Shown here piece after piece: positions 17,099-27,059 of a stretch of 32,000 nt of DNA. Each line of letters opens with the position of its first letter. Positions within the stretch are counted from its first letter, which is position 1. The notes beneath the pieces were generated by a model. That model was given only the letters and a program-made list of their open reading frames with translations. It did no database searches and was not told where the DNA came from. Origin of the DNA: Nitrosospira multiformis ATCC 25196 (GTDB taxonomy: Bacteria; Pseudomonadota; Gammaproteobacteria; Burkholderiales; Nitrosomonadaceae); the NCBI RefSeq assembly GCF_000196355.1, contig NC_007614.1:2220001-2252000 (forward strand), read 5' to 3'. The translations under genes were made by a program, and so were the position numbers.

Positions 17099-18539
17099 AA
17101 AGCCGAGATCTCCCACGGCTCCCAATTCATCTGCTTCCATCGCTCCGATCCCCCGTCTGATGCCCAAGCTGTTTGTGCTCGACAGCAACGTGCTCATGCA
17201 CGACCCCACCAGCCTGTTCCGCTTTCAGGAACATGACATCTATATCACGATGACAACGCTGGAGGAACTCGACAACAACAAGAAAGGGATGTCGGAGGTT
17301 GCCCGCAATGCACGTCAAACAAGCCGTTTTCTGGATGAAATCGTCAGCAGCGCGATAACCGATATTGACGAAGGCATTTCTTTACAGTTGCATGGCACCA
17401 AGAATGCAACCGGCAGGCTGTTCCTCCAGACGCAGGCGATCACGAACGTCTTGCCGGTATATCTGGCAAGCGGCAGCGCGGACAACCAGATTATCGGAGC
17501 AGTCAAGTTTTTGCACGATACCCACCAGAACCGCGTGGTCACACTGGTTTCCAAAGACATCAACATGCGGATCAAGGCGCGAGCCTTGGGGCTGGCAGCG
17601 GAGGACTATTTCAATGACAAGGTTCTGGAAGACACTGATGTCCTCTTCTCAGGCATCCAGGAACTGCCAGAGGATTTCTGGGATGAACACGGCAAGGACA
17701 TGGAGTCCTGGCAGCAGTCGGGGCAGACATTTTATCGTGTGACCGGCCCCCTTGCCGGGGGTTTTGTAATCAATCAATTCGTCTATCTGGAGCATGACAA
17801 ACCGTTTTACGCGCAGGTCAAGGAGACTAGCGGAAGAACTGCCGTTCTGCAGACGCTGAAAGATTATACTCATCAAAAGAACAATGTGTGGGGCATCACG
17901 GCGCGGAATCGCGAGCAGAATTTCGCGTTCAACCTGCTGATGAACCCGGAAGTGGATTTCGTCACCCTGCTGGGGCAGGCAGGTACCGGCAAGACGTTGC
18001 TTACACTGGCAGCAGGTCTGATGCAGACACTGGAGCACAAGGTATACTCCGAAATCATCATGACGCGCGTGACGGTGCCAGTGGGGGAGGATATCGGATT
18101 TCTGCCCGGAACCGAGGAAGAAAAGATGACTCCCTGGATGGGGGCACTGGAAGACAACCTGGACGTGCTCAACAAGACGGATAGCAGCGCCGGAGAATGG
18201 GGACGAGCAGCGACGCTCGATCTGATTCGCTCCCGCATCAAGATAAAATCGCTCAACTTCATGCGCGGGCGCACTTTCATCAATAAGTTCCTGATAATCG
18301 ACGAAGCGCAGAACCTGACACCCAAGCAGATGAAAACGCTTATTACCCGTGCCGGCCCTGCCACAAAGGTCGTGTGCCTGGGTAACATCGCGCAGATAGA
18401 TACGCCCTACTTGTCGGAGGGAAGCTCAGGGTTGACCTACGTGGTGGACCGGTTCAAGGGATGGAATCACAGCGGGCACGTCACGCTGCAACGTGGTGAG
18501 CGTTCCAGACTGGCGGATTATGCTGCAGAGATACTATAA
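17088..18539 (+). CDS. PhoH-like ATPase with N-terminal PIN domain (YlaK-like)
   Basis: The PIN start is LFVLDSNVLMHDP...LEELD. The Walker A motif is GQAGTGKT and the Walker B region is LIIDEAQN. ATG 17088 overlaps the bcp stop by 11 nt. An alternative start at 17160 (MPKLFVLD) matches family N-termini better. Confidence 0.9.
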   Translation: MSPRKPRSPTAPNSSASIAPIPRLMPKLFVLDSNVLMHDPTSLFRFQEHDIYITMTTLEELDNNKKGMSEVARNARQTSRFLDEIVSSAITDIDEGISLQLHGTKNATGRLFLQTQAITNVLPVYLASGSADNQIIGAVKFLHDTHQNRVVTLVSKDINMRIKARALGLAAEDYFNDKVLEDTDVLFSGIQELPEDFWDEHGKDMESWQQSGQTFYRVTGPLAGGFVINQFVYLEHDKPFYAQVKETSGRTAVLQTLKDYTHQKNNVWGITARNREQNFAFNLLMNPEVDFVTLLGQAGTGKTLLTLAAGLMQTLEHKVYSEIIMTRVTVPVGEDIGFLPGTEEEKMTPWMGALEDNLDVLNKTDSSAGEWGRAATLDLIRSRIKIKSLNFMRGRTFINKFLIIDEAQNLTPKQMKTLITRAGPATKVVCLGNIAQIDTPYLSEGSSGLTYVVDRFKGWNHSGHVTLQRGERSRLADYAAEIL

Positions 18540-18685
18540 GCACTATCGCTGACAAGAGCCCGGACACCTTTTCCGCTCCTGGCAGTGGGTCAAGCGAGCA
18601 GGATAAGTCGTGGTCGTCAGGCGGCCCTGACCTGCACTCCCGAAAGTTTAGCCTGACAATAGCGAAAGATAGTTGAACCGTAGTC

Positions 18686-20098
18686 TCAATAATGACCTGC
18701 TCTGGCGTAGCTTTCGAATCGGGTATATTCGCCCAGAAAAGTCAGATCGACCTTGCCGATCGGTCCATTCCTCTGCTTTCCTATAATGATTTCGGCGATT
18801 CCCTTGTCCGGTGTCTCCGGGTTATAAACTTCGTCCCGATAGATGAAAAGAATCAGATCGGCATCCTGTTCGATCGCACCGGACTCGCGCAGATCGGACA
18901 TAACGGGACGCTTGTTCGGACGCTGCTCAAGACTTCGATTCAACTGGGATAACGCGACAACGGGCACATGCAGTTCTTTTGCCAGTGCCTTGAGGGAGCG
19001 GGATATTTCGGAAATCTCCGTTGCGCGGTTCTCGCCCTGGCCGGCGGCGGACATCAACTGGAGATAATCCACCACGATCAAGCCCAGTTCCCCATGCTGG
19101 CGATGCAGCCGGCGCGCGCGCGCCCTTAATTCCAGGGCATTCAAAGCGGCACTTTCGTCAATAAAAAGCGGAGCGTCGTTCAGCTTGCCAAGCGCATGCG
19201 TCAGGCGGGACCAATCCTCGTCCAGCAGGCGGCCGGTACGCACCTTGTGCTGATCCAGCTTTCCGACGGAGCCCAGCATACGCATCGCCAGTTGCGCGCC
19301 TCCCATTTCCATGCTGAATACCGCTACCGGTTTTTGGAGCGTGAGTGCAACATGTTCGGCAATATTGAGCGAAAAGGCGGTTTTGCCCATCGATGGCCGA
19401 CCCGCAACAATGACAAGATCCCCCGGCTGAAAGCCCGAAGTCTTTTCATCCAGATCATGGAAGCCGGTTGCGATTCCGGTAACATCGCTTTGATTATCCT
19501 GGTTGTAGAGCGTCTCTATACGCTCCACGACCTCCTTCAGCAGCGGCTGAATGTCGATAAAACCCTGCTTGCCTCGCGCACCTGCCTCGGCAATTTCAAA
19601 AACCCTGGCCTCGGCTTCATCCAGCAGCGTGGCGGCTGAACGCCCAGCAGGGTTGTATGCCGAATCCGTGATGTCGGTCCCCACCTGGGCAAGCTTGCGC
19701 ATGATTGCGCGCTCGCGCACGATTTCCGCATAGCGGCGGATATTTGCAGCCGAAGGCGTATTCTGTACGAGGATCCCCACGTAAGCGAGCCCCCCAGCCC
19801 CCTGCAATTCCGCGGATATTTCAAGTGATTCCGCTACCGTGATGACATCGGCCGGTTTGCTGTGCTCGACCAGTTTGCAGATATGGCGGTAGATGAGCTT
19901 GTGATCCTGCCGGTAGAAGTCATCTTCCGTGATCACGTCCGCTACCTTATCCCATGCGTGATTGTCCAGCATCAATCCGCCCAATACCGATTGCTCTGCT
20001 TCAACCGAATGCGGGGGCAATTTGTATGATTCGAGTAATTGCTCGTTTGAAGCTGCCGTTACAAATTGAGGCATGGAGTTACGTGACGTTACAGGCAT
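18686..20098 (-). CDS. dnaB: Replicative DNA helicase
   Basis: The N-terminus contains PPHSVEAEQSVLGG and the Walker A motif is GRPSMGKT. The length is 470 aa. Confidence 0.97.
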   Translation of the reverse strand: MPVTSRNSMPQFVTAASNEQLLESYKLPPHSVEAEQSVLGGLMLDNHAWDKVADVITEDDFYRQDHKLIYRHICKLVEHSKPADVITVAESLEISAELQGAGGLAYVGILVQNTPSAANIRRYAEIVRERAIMRKLAQVGTDITDSAYNPAGRSAATLLDEAEARVFEIAEAGARGKQGFIDIQPLLKEVVERIETLYNQDNQSDVTGIATGFHDLDEKTSGFQPGDLVIVAGRPSMGKTAFSLNIAEHVALTLQKPVAVFSMEMGGAQLAMRMLGSVGKLDQHKVRTGRLLDEDWSRLTHALGKLNDAPLFIDESAALNALELRARARRLHRQHGELGLIVVDYLQLMSAAGQGENRATEISEISRSLKALAKELHVPVVALSQLNRSLEQRPNKRPVMSDLRESGAIEQDADLILFIYRDEVYNPETPDKGIAEIIIGKQRNGPIGKVDLTFLGEYTRFESYARAGHY

Positions 20099-20130
20099 GT
20101 CTGGATTTTAACACTGTTGCAATGAGCCAG

Positions 20131-20164
20131 AAATCAAAAAGGGCTGTTGCCAGCCCCTTTTGAA
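20131..20164 (-). terminator. Rho-independent terminator downstream of rplI
   Basis: The minus strand reads aaaagGGGCTG-gcaa-CAGCCC-tttttgattt, starting about 25 nt after the rplI stop. Confidence 0.6.
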
Positions 20165-20185
20165 AATCAAAAGACAGACCCCTTT

Positions 20186-20641
20186 TCAGGAGACCGATTC
20201 ACCCAGAACAGATACGATGATATGCGCAGCCACATCGGTATGCAGCACGATGGTTACCGGATGATCGCCCACCTGCTTCAATGAACCCTGAGGCATGCGT
20301 ATCATGGATCTTTCAACTTCAAAACCTTGGGCCTTCAGCGCATCCTCGATATCTGCATTGGTCACTGAACCGAACAGCTTACCGTCCACCCCTGCCTTTT
20401 GAGTAACCTGCAGCATCAATCCTTCCAGCTTGGCAGCACGGGCCTGGGCCGCAGCCAGGATATCCGCCTGGGTTTTCTCCAGTTCCGCGCGCTTTGACTC
20501 GAACTCGGCAACGGCCGCCTGGGTAGCGCGCTTTGCCTTGCCCTGCGGGATAAGGAAATTCCGTGCGTAACCGTTTTTAACCTTTACAACATCGCCCAGT
20601 TGGCCCAGGTTGACAACTTTCTCCATCAGTATGATCTGCAT
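20186..20641 (-). CDS. rplI: 50S ribosomal protein L9
   Basis: The N-terminus is [36 protein letters not shown]. Confidence 0.97.
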   Translation of the reverse strand: MQIILMEKVVNLGQLGDVVKVKNGYARNFLIPQGKAKRATQAAVAEFESKRAELEKTQADILAAAQARAAKLEGLMLQVTQKAGVDGKLFGSVTNADIEDALKAQGFEVERSMIRMPQGSLKQVGDHPVTIVLHTDVAAHIIVSVLGESVS

Positions 20642-20652
20642 ATCGACTCTCC

Positions 20653-20937
20653 TCAGTGCAAATCGGTATAAGGAAGCAATGCCAGAAAGCGGGCGCGCTC
20701 CACGGCAGTACTCAGTTGACGCTGGTACCTGGACTTCGTCCCCGTTATGCGCGCCGGAATGATCTTGCCGTTCTCGTTGATGAAATCCTTCAATAACTCA
20801 ATGTCCTTGTAATCGACTGTTTTGATGCCTTCCGCAGTAAAACGGCAGAATTTCCTGCGTTTGAATAAAGGGCGGTTGGCCTTCTTGTCCTTATCCTTGT
20901 CCTTACCGTCCTTACGTTTAGAAATAAAACGAGCCAT
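20653..20937 (-). CDS. rpsR: 30S ribosomal protein S18
   Basis: The sequence contains [13 protein letters not shown]...ARITGT..RYQRQL. The N-terminal extension is K/D-rich. Confidence 0.95.
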
Positions 20938-20968
20938 AATTTTTTCCTGTCTGTAAATAAAGATCCAT

Positions 20969-21265
20969 TTAGATGGGATCGATCCGGTTTACATGCAGCG
21001 CCAACTGCAAACTCATGCGGCTTTTTCTTGCAAGAAACCCGGCGAGCCTTACTGTCGCCCCTGGAGTCAGGCCTGCAGCAATCTCGGCGATCTGCGCCAA
21101 GGCTACGGCAGAAACTTCACACTCCACCCACCTTGGCTTCCCCGCCTCGACTTGGCGCGAAACGTGTCTGATCTTGAGTTCGACTACTGCCACTCCGGCC
21201 GGGCTATAACGCAAGCTGCCGATTTCTGTAACCGTTCCGCAAATTTCAGTCCGATTGCAATCCAA
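20969..21265 (-). CDS. priB: Primosomal replication protein N (PriB)
   Basis: This 98-aa SSB-fold-like protein sits between rpsF and rpsR, the conserved beta/gamma-proteobacterial position. Confidence 0.85.
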
Positions 21266-21277
21266 CGACTTGGCAGC

Positions 21278-21655
21278 CTAGGTTGCAAGCGTGGTTTCCT
21301 TGGCTTCCTCTGCGGGCTGCGGAGCGGATTTGGCCTTCTCTTCGCGCATCATGGGTGAGGGTGCAGTAACCGGCTCATCCATTTTGAGGGTAAGGTGGCG
21401 CAATATGGCGTCATTGAATTTGAATGCGTGCTCCAGCTCGTCCAGTGTTTCCTGATCACATTCAATGTTCATGAGCACATAATGTGCCTTGTGAACCTTC
21501 TGGATCAGGTACGCGAGCTGGCGCCGTCCCCAATCTTCCAGGCGATGCACTTGCCCGTTTCTGGCGGTCACGATGTTGCGATACCGTTCGATCATTGCGG
21601 ATACCTGCTCGCTTTGATCGGGATGAACAATGAATACAATTTCGTAATGTCGCAT
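21278..21655 (-). CDS. rpsF: 30S ribosomal protein S6
   Basis: The N-terminus is [18 protein letters not shown]...WGRRQLAY. Confidence 0.97.
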   Translation of the reverse strand: MRHYEIVFIVHPDQSEQVSAMIERYRNIVTARNGQVHRLEDWGRRQLAYLIQKVHKAHYVLMNIECDQETLDELEHAFKFNDAILRHLTLKMDEPVTAPSPMMREEKAKSAPQPAEEAKETTLAT

Positions 21656-21729
21656 GCAGTCTCCTTATGGGTAAAGCCTCCCATGATGCGAACACGGTGA
21701 GGCAAGGTCGAGTGTTTCAAGAGGCCGGT

Positions 21730-21758
21730 ACTATACTCAACCCGCTGGAAAATATCAA
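21730..21758 (-). promoter_or_regulatory. Sigma70 promoter of the rpsF operon
   Basis: The minus strand reads TTGATA (21758-21753), a 17-nt spacer, then TATAGT (21735-21730). This leaves a leader of about 70 nt before the rpsF ATG. Confidence 0.55.
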
Positions 21759-21845
21759 TTTTGATCGGGGTCATAGGAGAAGAGTTAATATTTGTTTCCC
21801 GGTGCGTGCTGCGGCGAAAAAGTGAGGCAGGGCGCGAACTAGGGG

Positions 21846-22595
21846 TCAGCCGGCCTTGGGGGCATATCTCTGGCGGTGCGTTTCAAACAGGCAAATACCC
21901 GCGCTCACGGAAACGTTGAGACTTTCCACGCTACCCAGCATGGGAATCGAAACAAGCTGATCGCAGTTTTCCCGCGTCAGCCGCCGCATTCCTTTTTCTT
22001 CCGAACCCAGTACCCATGCGATGGGTCCAGCAAGCTGGAGGACGCCAAGCTGGGTATCGGCATCGGCAGCCGTTCCCAGGACCGTTACTCCCCGCTGCTT
22101 CAATCCGCGCAGGGTACGGGCGAGATTCGTCACGGAAATATAGGGAACGTTATCGGCCGCGCCGCTTGCCACCTTGTGCACGGCAGCGGTGAGACCCACC
22201 GCGCGGTCTTTCGGCGCAATCACAGCATGAACACCGAAAGCATCTGCAACACGCAGGCAGGCACCGAGATTATGAGGATCCTGGATACCATCCAGCACCA
22301 GAAGCAGCGCGGGCTCAGCGAGGGTGTCGAGCACATCGTCGATATCCACATACGCCCGGGCGGAGTCGATACGCGCGACTACCCCCTGGTGCCGGGCATT
22401 GCCCGCCAAAGCCATGAGCCTCGCATTGTCGCATGCAATCAAGCGTATGTCCTGGGCTTCCGCCAACGCCGCCAGATCGCGGGCGCGTTGATCTCTTCGC
22501 TCCGCATCGAGGAAAACCTCCCTGACGCTGGCCGCATTCTGCCGCAACCGACTGGTAATTGCATGAAAACCGAATATAAAACGTGAGCCGGACAT
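21846..22595 (-). CDS. rlmB: 23S rRNA (guanosine-2'-O)-methyltransferase RlmB (SpoU/TrmH family)
   Basis: [24 protein letters not shown] and SLNVSVSAG are the SpoU motifs. The gene lies downstream of rnr, as is usual. Confidence 0.9.
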   Translation of the reverse strand: MSGSRFIFGFHAITSRLRQNAASVREVFLDAERRDQRARDLAALAEAQDIRLIACDNARLMALAGNARHQGVVARIDSARAYVDIDDVLDTLAEPALLLVLDGIQDPHNLGACLRVADAFGVHAVIAPKDRAVGLTAAVHKVASGAADNVPYISVTNLARTLRGLKQRGVTVLGTAADADTQLGVLQLAGPIAWVLGSEEKGMRRLTRENCDQLVSIPMLGSVESLNVSVSAGICLFETHRQRYAPKAG

Positions 22596-22654
22596 CTATA
22601 GTAACGAGTAATTGCAGAAAATGATAAGCGGGGACTGGACATTCATCGCGGAAA

Positions 22655-24862
22655 TCAACTCACTGCCTCGGTTTTTATTTTCCCCGCATCCTGGGCATTT
22701 TCAGCGAGCACGAAATCTATCTTGCTGGATTCCAGATCGACTCGAACCAGCCTGACTCTGAGCCGGTCACCCAGGCGGTAGCGCTTCCCCGTGCGCTCCC
22801 CCAGCAACATATGCCTGACCGCGTCAAAATGGAAATAATCGCTGGGCAGTTCTGAAACATGCACGAGTCCCTCGACATAAATTCCGTCCAGCGCCACAAA
22901 AAGACCAAAACCGGCGACCCCACTGACGACTCCCTCAAAGCATTCTCCGATTCTGTCCTGCATGTAATAGCACTTGAGCCACGCTTCGACATCGCGCGTG
23001 GCCTCGTCCGCGCGGCGCTCCGTCTGCGAACAATGCTCGCCCAGTTCGTGCCAGTTGCCGGGAGAGTATGCTGCCTTGTTCAGGACAGCCTTGATGGCTC
23101 GATGGACGAGGAGATCGGGATAACGCCTGATGGGGGATGTAAAGTGTGTATAGGATTCATAGGCCAGGCCGAAATGGCCAACGTTGTCGGGACTGTACAC
23201 TGCCTGGCGCAAGGATCGAAGCATCACGGTCTGCAACAGCTGCGCATCGGGCCGATCCTTTATTGTAGATAACGTACGAGCGTAATCTTTCGCCCTGGGG
23301 TTATCCCCCCCACCTAACTGAACACCGAATTCCTTGAGAAAATCACGCAGAGCGGCCAGTTTTTCCGGCGTCGGACCTTCATGGACCCGATAGAGAGTCG
23401 CCTGCTTGTGTTTCTGCAGAAAATCGGAGGCACATACATTGGCGGCGAGCATGCATTCTTCGATGATGCGATGCGCGTCGTTACGTTGTATCGGCAGGAT
23501 GCGCTCGATTTTGCCCTCATCGTTGAAGATCATGCGCGTTTCGATCGTTTCAAAATCAATTGCCCCCCGCAGATTTCGCGCTTTCAGCAATACCTTGAAT
23601 AATTTGTAGAGCAACTGGATGTGCGGCAAGAGATCCTTATATTGTTTCGCTTCCTCTCCCTTAGAATTCTCCAGCATGGCCGCCACTTTTGTATAGGTAA
23701 GCCGGGCGTGAGAAAACATGACTGCGGGATAAAAACGATAGCCCTTGAAGTCACCTGCAAAATCCAGGCTTATTTCGCACACCATGGATAAGCGATCTAC
23801 CTCCGGGTTGAGAGAACAGAGCCCGTTCGATAGCGCTTCCGGCAGCATGGGGATAACCCGCCGCGGAAAATAGACGGAATTTCCACGATTGTATGCCTCC
23901 TGATCGAGAGCGTCGCCCGGCTTTACATAATGGCTGACGTCGGCGATGGCGACATAAAGCTTGTAATCCTTTCCGTCACGCTCGCAATATACGGCGTCGT
24001 CGAAATCCCGGGCAGTTTCGCCGTCTATCGTCACCAGCGGAAGGTGACGAAGGTCTTCTCTCTTGATCAGGTCTTTTTTTAACACCTTGGATGGAAGACG
24101 TGCCGAAAGTTTTTCCACTTCCTGTGGAAACTGGTAAGGCAAGTCGTGCTTGCGAAGCGCGATTTCGATCTCCATTCCGGGGGCCGTGTAGTCGCCCAAA
24201 ATCTCGATGATGCGCCCAATAGGCTGGGCATGTTTACTCGGCTGCTGGAGGATTTCCACGATGACCACCTGGCCTGCCCTTGCATTCATCGATTCTTCTC
24301 GGGGAATCAGAATGTCCTGGCTGATACGTCTATTCTCCGCCTCCACGTAAAGAATTCCGTGATCCGCATGTAATCGTCCCACCAACTGCGTTACTGCGCG
24401 CTCCAGCACCTCTACGATGGCTCCCTCCCGGCGGCCTCGCCGGTCAACCCCGATTTCACGCACCATCACGCGGTCGCCATGCAGCGCCTTGCGCATTTCT
24501 TTGGCACTCAAAAACAAATCGGGACTGCCATCGTCAGGTATCAGAAAACCAAATTCATCCGGGTGACCCTGAACCTTGCCTTTGATAAGAGCGAGCTTCT
24601 CCACCATGCAGATATCGCCCTTCCGGTTGCGCATGATCTGGCCTTCGCGCAACATGGCAGAAAGACGGCGGCTGAAGATCTCGCCTTCTTCTTCGGTGAT
24701 TCCGAGCAGGTTCTGCAATGCTTCCTCGGGTACGGGAACGCCTTGCTCTTCGAGTATCTGGAGTATGAATTCCCGGCTAGGCAGCGCATGCCCATAATGC
24801 TCTTTTTCCCGTTCAAGATAAGGGTCAAGCTTGCGGAGCTTTTGTTTCTTCTTGATTGTCAA
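22655..24862 (-). CDS. rnr: Ribonuclease R
   Basis: The N-terminus is HTH/cold-shock-like. The RNB domain reads TIDGETARDFDDAVY. The C-terminal S1 domain reads EGVVSGVAGFGLFVAL. The TTG start has AGGAAA upstream. Confidence 0.95.
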   Translation of the reverse strand: MTIKKKQKLRKLDPYLEREKEHYGHALPSREFILQILEEQGVPVPEEALQNLLGITEEEGEIFSRRLSAMLREGQIMRNRKGDICMVEKLALIKGKVQGHPDEFGFLIPDDGSPDLFLSAKEMRKALHGDRVMVREIGVDRRGRREGAIVEVLERAVTQLVGRLHADHGILYVEAENRRISQDILIPREESMNARAGQVVIVEILQQPSKHAQPIGRIIEILGDYTAPGMEIEIALRKHDLPYQFPQEVEKLSARLPSKVLKKDLIKREDLRHLPLVTIDGETARDFDDAVYCERDGKDYKLYVAIADVSHYVKPGDALDQEAYNRGNSVYFPRRVIPMLPEALSNGLCSLNPEVDRLSMVCEISLDFAGDFKGYRFYPAVMFSHARLTYTKVAAMLENSKGEEAKQYKDLLPHIQLLYKLFKVLLKARNLRGAIDFETIETRMIFNDEGKIERILPIQRNDAHRIIEECMLAANVCASDFLQKHKQATLYRVHEGPTPEKLAALRDFLKEFGVQLGGGDNPRAKDYARTLSTIKDRPDAQLLQTVMLRSLRQAVYSPDNVGHFGLAYESYTHFTSPIRRYPDLLVHRAIKAVLNKAAYSPGNWHELGEHCSQTERRADEATRDVEAWLKCYYMQDRIGECFEGVVSGVAGFGLFVALDGIYVEGLVHVSELPSDYFHFDAVRHMLLGERTGKRYRLGDRLRVRLVRVDLESSKIDFVLAENAQDAGKIKTEAVS

Positions 24863-24918
24863 AGCTGATTTCCTATAGAATTGCGCCTCTGTCCCATCGT
24901 TGGACAGATTCGCTCATT

Positions 24919-25005
24919 GCCCAGATGGCGGAATTGGTAGACGCACTAGGTTCAGGTCCTAGCGGTGGCAACACTGTGGAGGTTCGAGTCCTCTTCTGGG
25001 CACCA
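24919..25005 (+). tRNA. tRNA-Leu (anticodon CAG)
   Basis: GCCCAGATGGCGGAATTGGTAGACGCACTAGGTTCAGGTCCTAG...GGAGGTTCGAGTCCTCTTCTGGGCACCA. The anticodon loop is TT-CAG-GT, the variable arm is long, and the CCA is encoded. Confidence 0.95.
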
Positions 25006-25189
25006 ATCAAAACATTTCCGCAGATTCCACCTGTACTGACTGTACCGGCCCAAAAGGCACAAGGAGTGCTGCTTTTCTCAGTATAGCAGGACAGCGCATC
25101 GCATTCCGGAATTACCCCTGCTATCCCTTTTCCCCTTAGTTACGCTCAGGCTCTGCGGTGCGATTTTAGCCAGAAGATGCCAAGGAATA

Positions 25190-25215
25190 GATAGCTGTAA
25201 AATTTTACAGCTATC
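25190..25215. promoter_or_regulatory. 26-bp perfect palindrome with a CTG-N10-CAG core (lux-box-like)
   Basis: GATAGCTGTAAAA|TTTTACAGCTATC is exactly self-complementary. The inner 20 bp AGCTGTAAAATTTTACAGCT matches 14/20 positions of the V. fischeri lux box ACCTGTAGGATCGTACAGGT as I remember it. Confidence 0.5.
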
Positions 25216-25672
25216 CACGCCCTGCGATCTGTTGTCTCATAACATGCTCCTGTGCCAAAAGAAATGAGACTCTGACTACCGCAACAGGTTGTCTTGCTGC
25301 ACATGAATGACGCTTTGGCGAATCCGGAAGGCAATGTGTTTCATCCGACACCAGAAGGCGCAGGTAGGCATGCTCGATAAGCTGATTGGGATAACTGGCT
25401 GGTAAAGTGAATCCGATTCTCGCCGTTAAAGACTTGTGTTCAAGAAGTCCAGCTTGCGTTTCTATCATGATCCGTAAATATATTCCAGCTGGGCTGTTAT
25501 CTTTGGTTACGAACTCTGGCAAGGGATCCAATAAGGCGAAAACAACGAGATTCTACCGGGAAAGCAAGGATATTCTGACGAAAATCCCTGCTGGCACGCC
25601 GCTCGAATTATCCCCTCCGGGGGCGATTTTAAATTCTTTCGACTTGAATTACAGTTGCTTGAGCTCATCCAG

Positions 25673-26455
25673 ATGAACGATATTGTGACCGCCTTTAACG
25701 AATATTTCGAAGTTGTCGACGCCGACACTCCGGAGCGATTGCAGGATGTATTTCGCCTTCGTTACCAAGTGCTCTGTATCGAGCAGCGTCTGCCTGGATT
25801 TGAAGCTTCACGCTATCCTGATGGGTGCGAATGTGACAGTTACGATGCTCATTCCTCTCATATGCTTCTTCGTCACCGTCCATCCGGCGATTTTGTCGGA
25901 ACCGCTCGCCTGATACTCCCGGATCCGCTGACTCCCGAAAAACCCTTTCCTATCGAACAGCATGCGCAACTGGATCCATTTTTCAATATCAACCGGTTAC
26001 CTCGGCAACATGCAGCCGAAGTATCTCGCCTGCTCGTCGTACGCCGATTCAGGCGGCGTAAAGGGGATAGCGGCGGGCCAGAAAATGAAATAGTTGTTGA
26101 AGACAGAGCTATAGAAAAACCACGCCGCTTCCCTCACCCGGTCCTCGCGCTTGCTGTTGGCCTGATCCGCATGTCCGCTGCTCATCACATAACTCATTGG
26201 CTATCGATCATGGACCCTGCCCTGAACAGGCTGTTAACCCTCTATGGGCTCCAGCACGATCCCGTGGGCCCATTGATTGAGCATCACGGTCAGCGTCGAC
26301 CTTATCACGTCGACTTGTCCGCCATGTTGAACAGAATGCATGAAAGTCATCCTCTGATTTGGGAACTTGTTACTGATTTCGGCAGGAGCCTGCCAGCACC
26401 TCCAGGGTCGGCTCCAGTACCTATCTCCACCGTTCTTGCTGATATTGAAAAATAA
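25673..26455 (+). CDS. LuxI-superfamily/GNAT acyltransferase resembling the PEP-CTERM/exosortase-associated N-acyl amino acid synthase family
   Basis: FNEYFEVVDADT...VFRLRYQVLCIEQ...E.DSYD.HS.HMLLRHRPSGDFVGTARL...AAEVSRLLVVRRFRRR fits the pattern I recall for the exosortase-associated acyltransferase family (TIGR03694-like). I chose the start at ATG 25673; the ORF track uses TTG 25655. Confidence 0.7.
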   Translation: MNDIVTAFNEYFEVVDADTPERLQDVFRLRYQVLCIEQRLPGFEASRYPDGCECDSYDAHSSHMLLRHRPSGDFVGTARLILPDPLTPEKPFPIEQHAQLDPFFNINRLPRQHAAEVSRLLVVRRFRRRKGDSGGPENEIVVEDRAIEKPRRFPHPVLALAVGLIRMSAAHHITHWLSIMDPALNRLLTLYGLQHDPVGPLIEHHGQRRPYHVDLSAMLNRMHESHPLIWELVTDFGRSLPAPPGSAPVPISTVLADIEK

Positions 26456-26609
26456 TAATCGCATATTCGCGGCCCTTCATCTAGCCCGCCTTCGCGAGTT
26501 ATCGTCTATCGCTAGTTCTCATTCCGAAAGTCCAAACACTCGATCCCCGCAAGGATAAGACTGCTCAAACCATTCAAGCACGCATATTCCTGTCGGGTGA
26601 GTAAAAATT

Positions 26610-27059
26610 GTGACAATTAAAATAAAAATCGGTCATCTGATTTCGTCTATATGCCTGCTACTCGGCCTTTTATTCATGGCGGGTAAAACGTGCGCAGTCG
26701 AGCCCTACGAGATCATCACGAACTCGGGCGTCCACGAAAAAACCCTTTCCAAGAACGCCTTGCGCGCCATATTCGGCATGCGCCTGCATACATGGCCGGA
26801 CGGCAGTCCCATTCATGTGTTCGTACTTCCGGATGAAGCCCCCCTGCACATCGCGTTCTCCAAGGAAAAACTGAATGTTTTTCCCTATCAACTCCGCGCA
26901 GCATGGGACCGGCTGGTGTTCTCGGGTACAGGACAGGCACCGGAAACAGTCGCTTCTCCAGAGGAGATGCTTGCAAAAGTCGGTAGCACACCCGGAGCAA
27001 TTGGCTATTTAACCCGATCCAGAATGGATGGCAGTGTAAATGTTCTACACGTCAAGTAA
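26610..27059 (+). CDS. Small secreted PstS/PBP-like-2 domain protein (149 aa, about half the size of a periplasmic binding protein)
   Basis: The signal peptide is ...LLGLLFMAGKTCA|VEP. LRAIFGMRLHTWPDGSPIHVF...VGSTPGAIGYL fits the phosphate-binding-protein-like fold motif (PGAIGY). The start codon is GTG. Confidence 0.7.
   Translation: MTIKIKIGHLISSICLLLGLLFMAGKTCAVEPYEIITNSGVHEKTLSKNALRAIFGMRLHTWPDGSPIHVFVLPDEAPLHIAFSKEKLNVFPYQLRAAWDRLVFSGTGQAPETVASPEEMLAKVGSTPGAIGYLTRSRMDGSVNVLHVK

Noticed and set aside
25211-25531. A 106-aa minus-strand ORF contains SYPNQLIEHAYLRLLVSDE, which faintly recalls the NYP..W..HY....Y..DP segment of LuxR autoinducer-binding domains.
   Set aside because: The resemblance covers about 20 residues and lacks the conserved Trp and Asp-Pro. 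No HTH domain follows. At best it is a very decayed fragment. It is worth a profile search but is not supportable as a feature.
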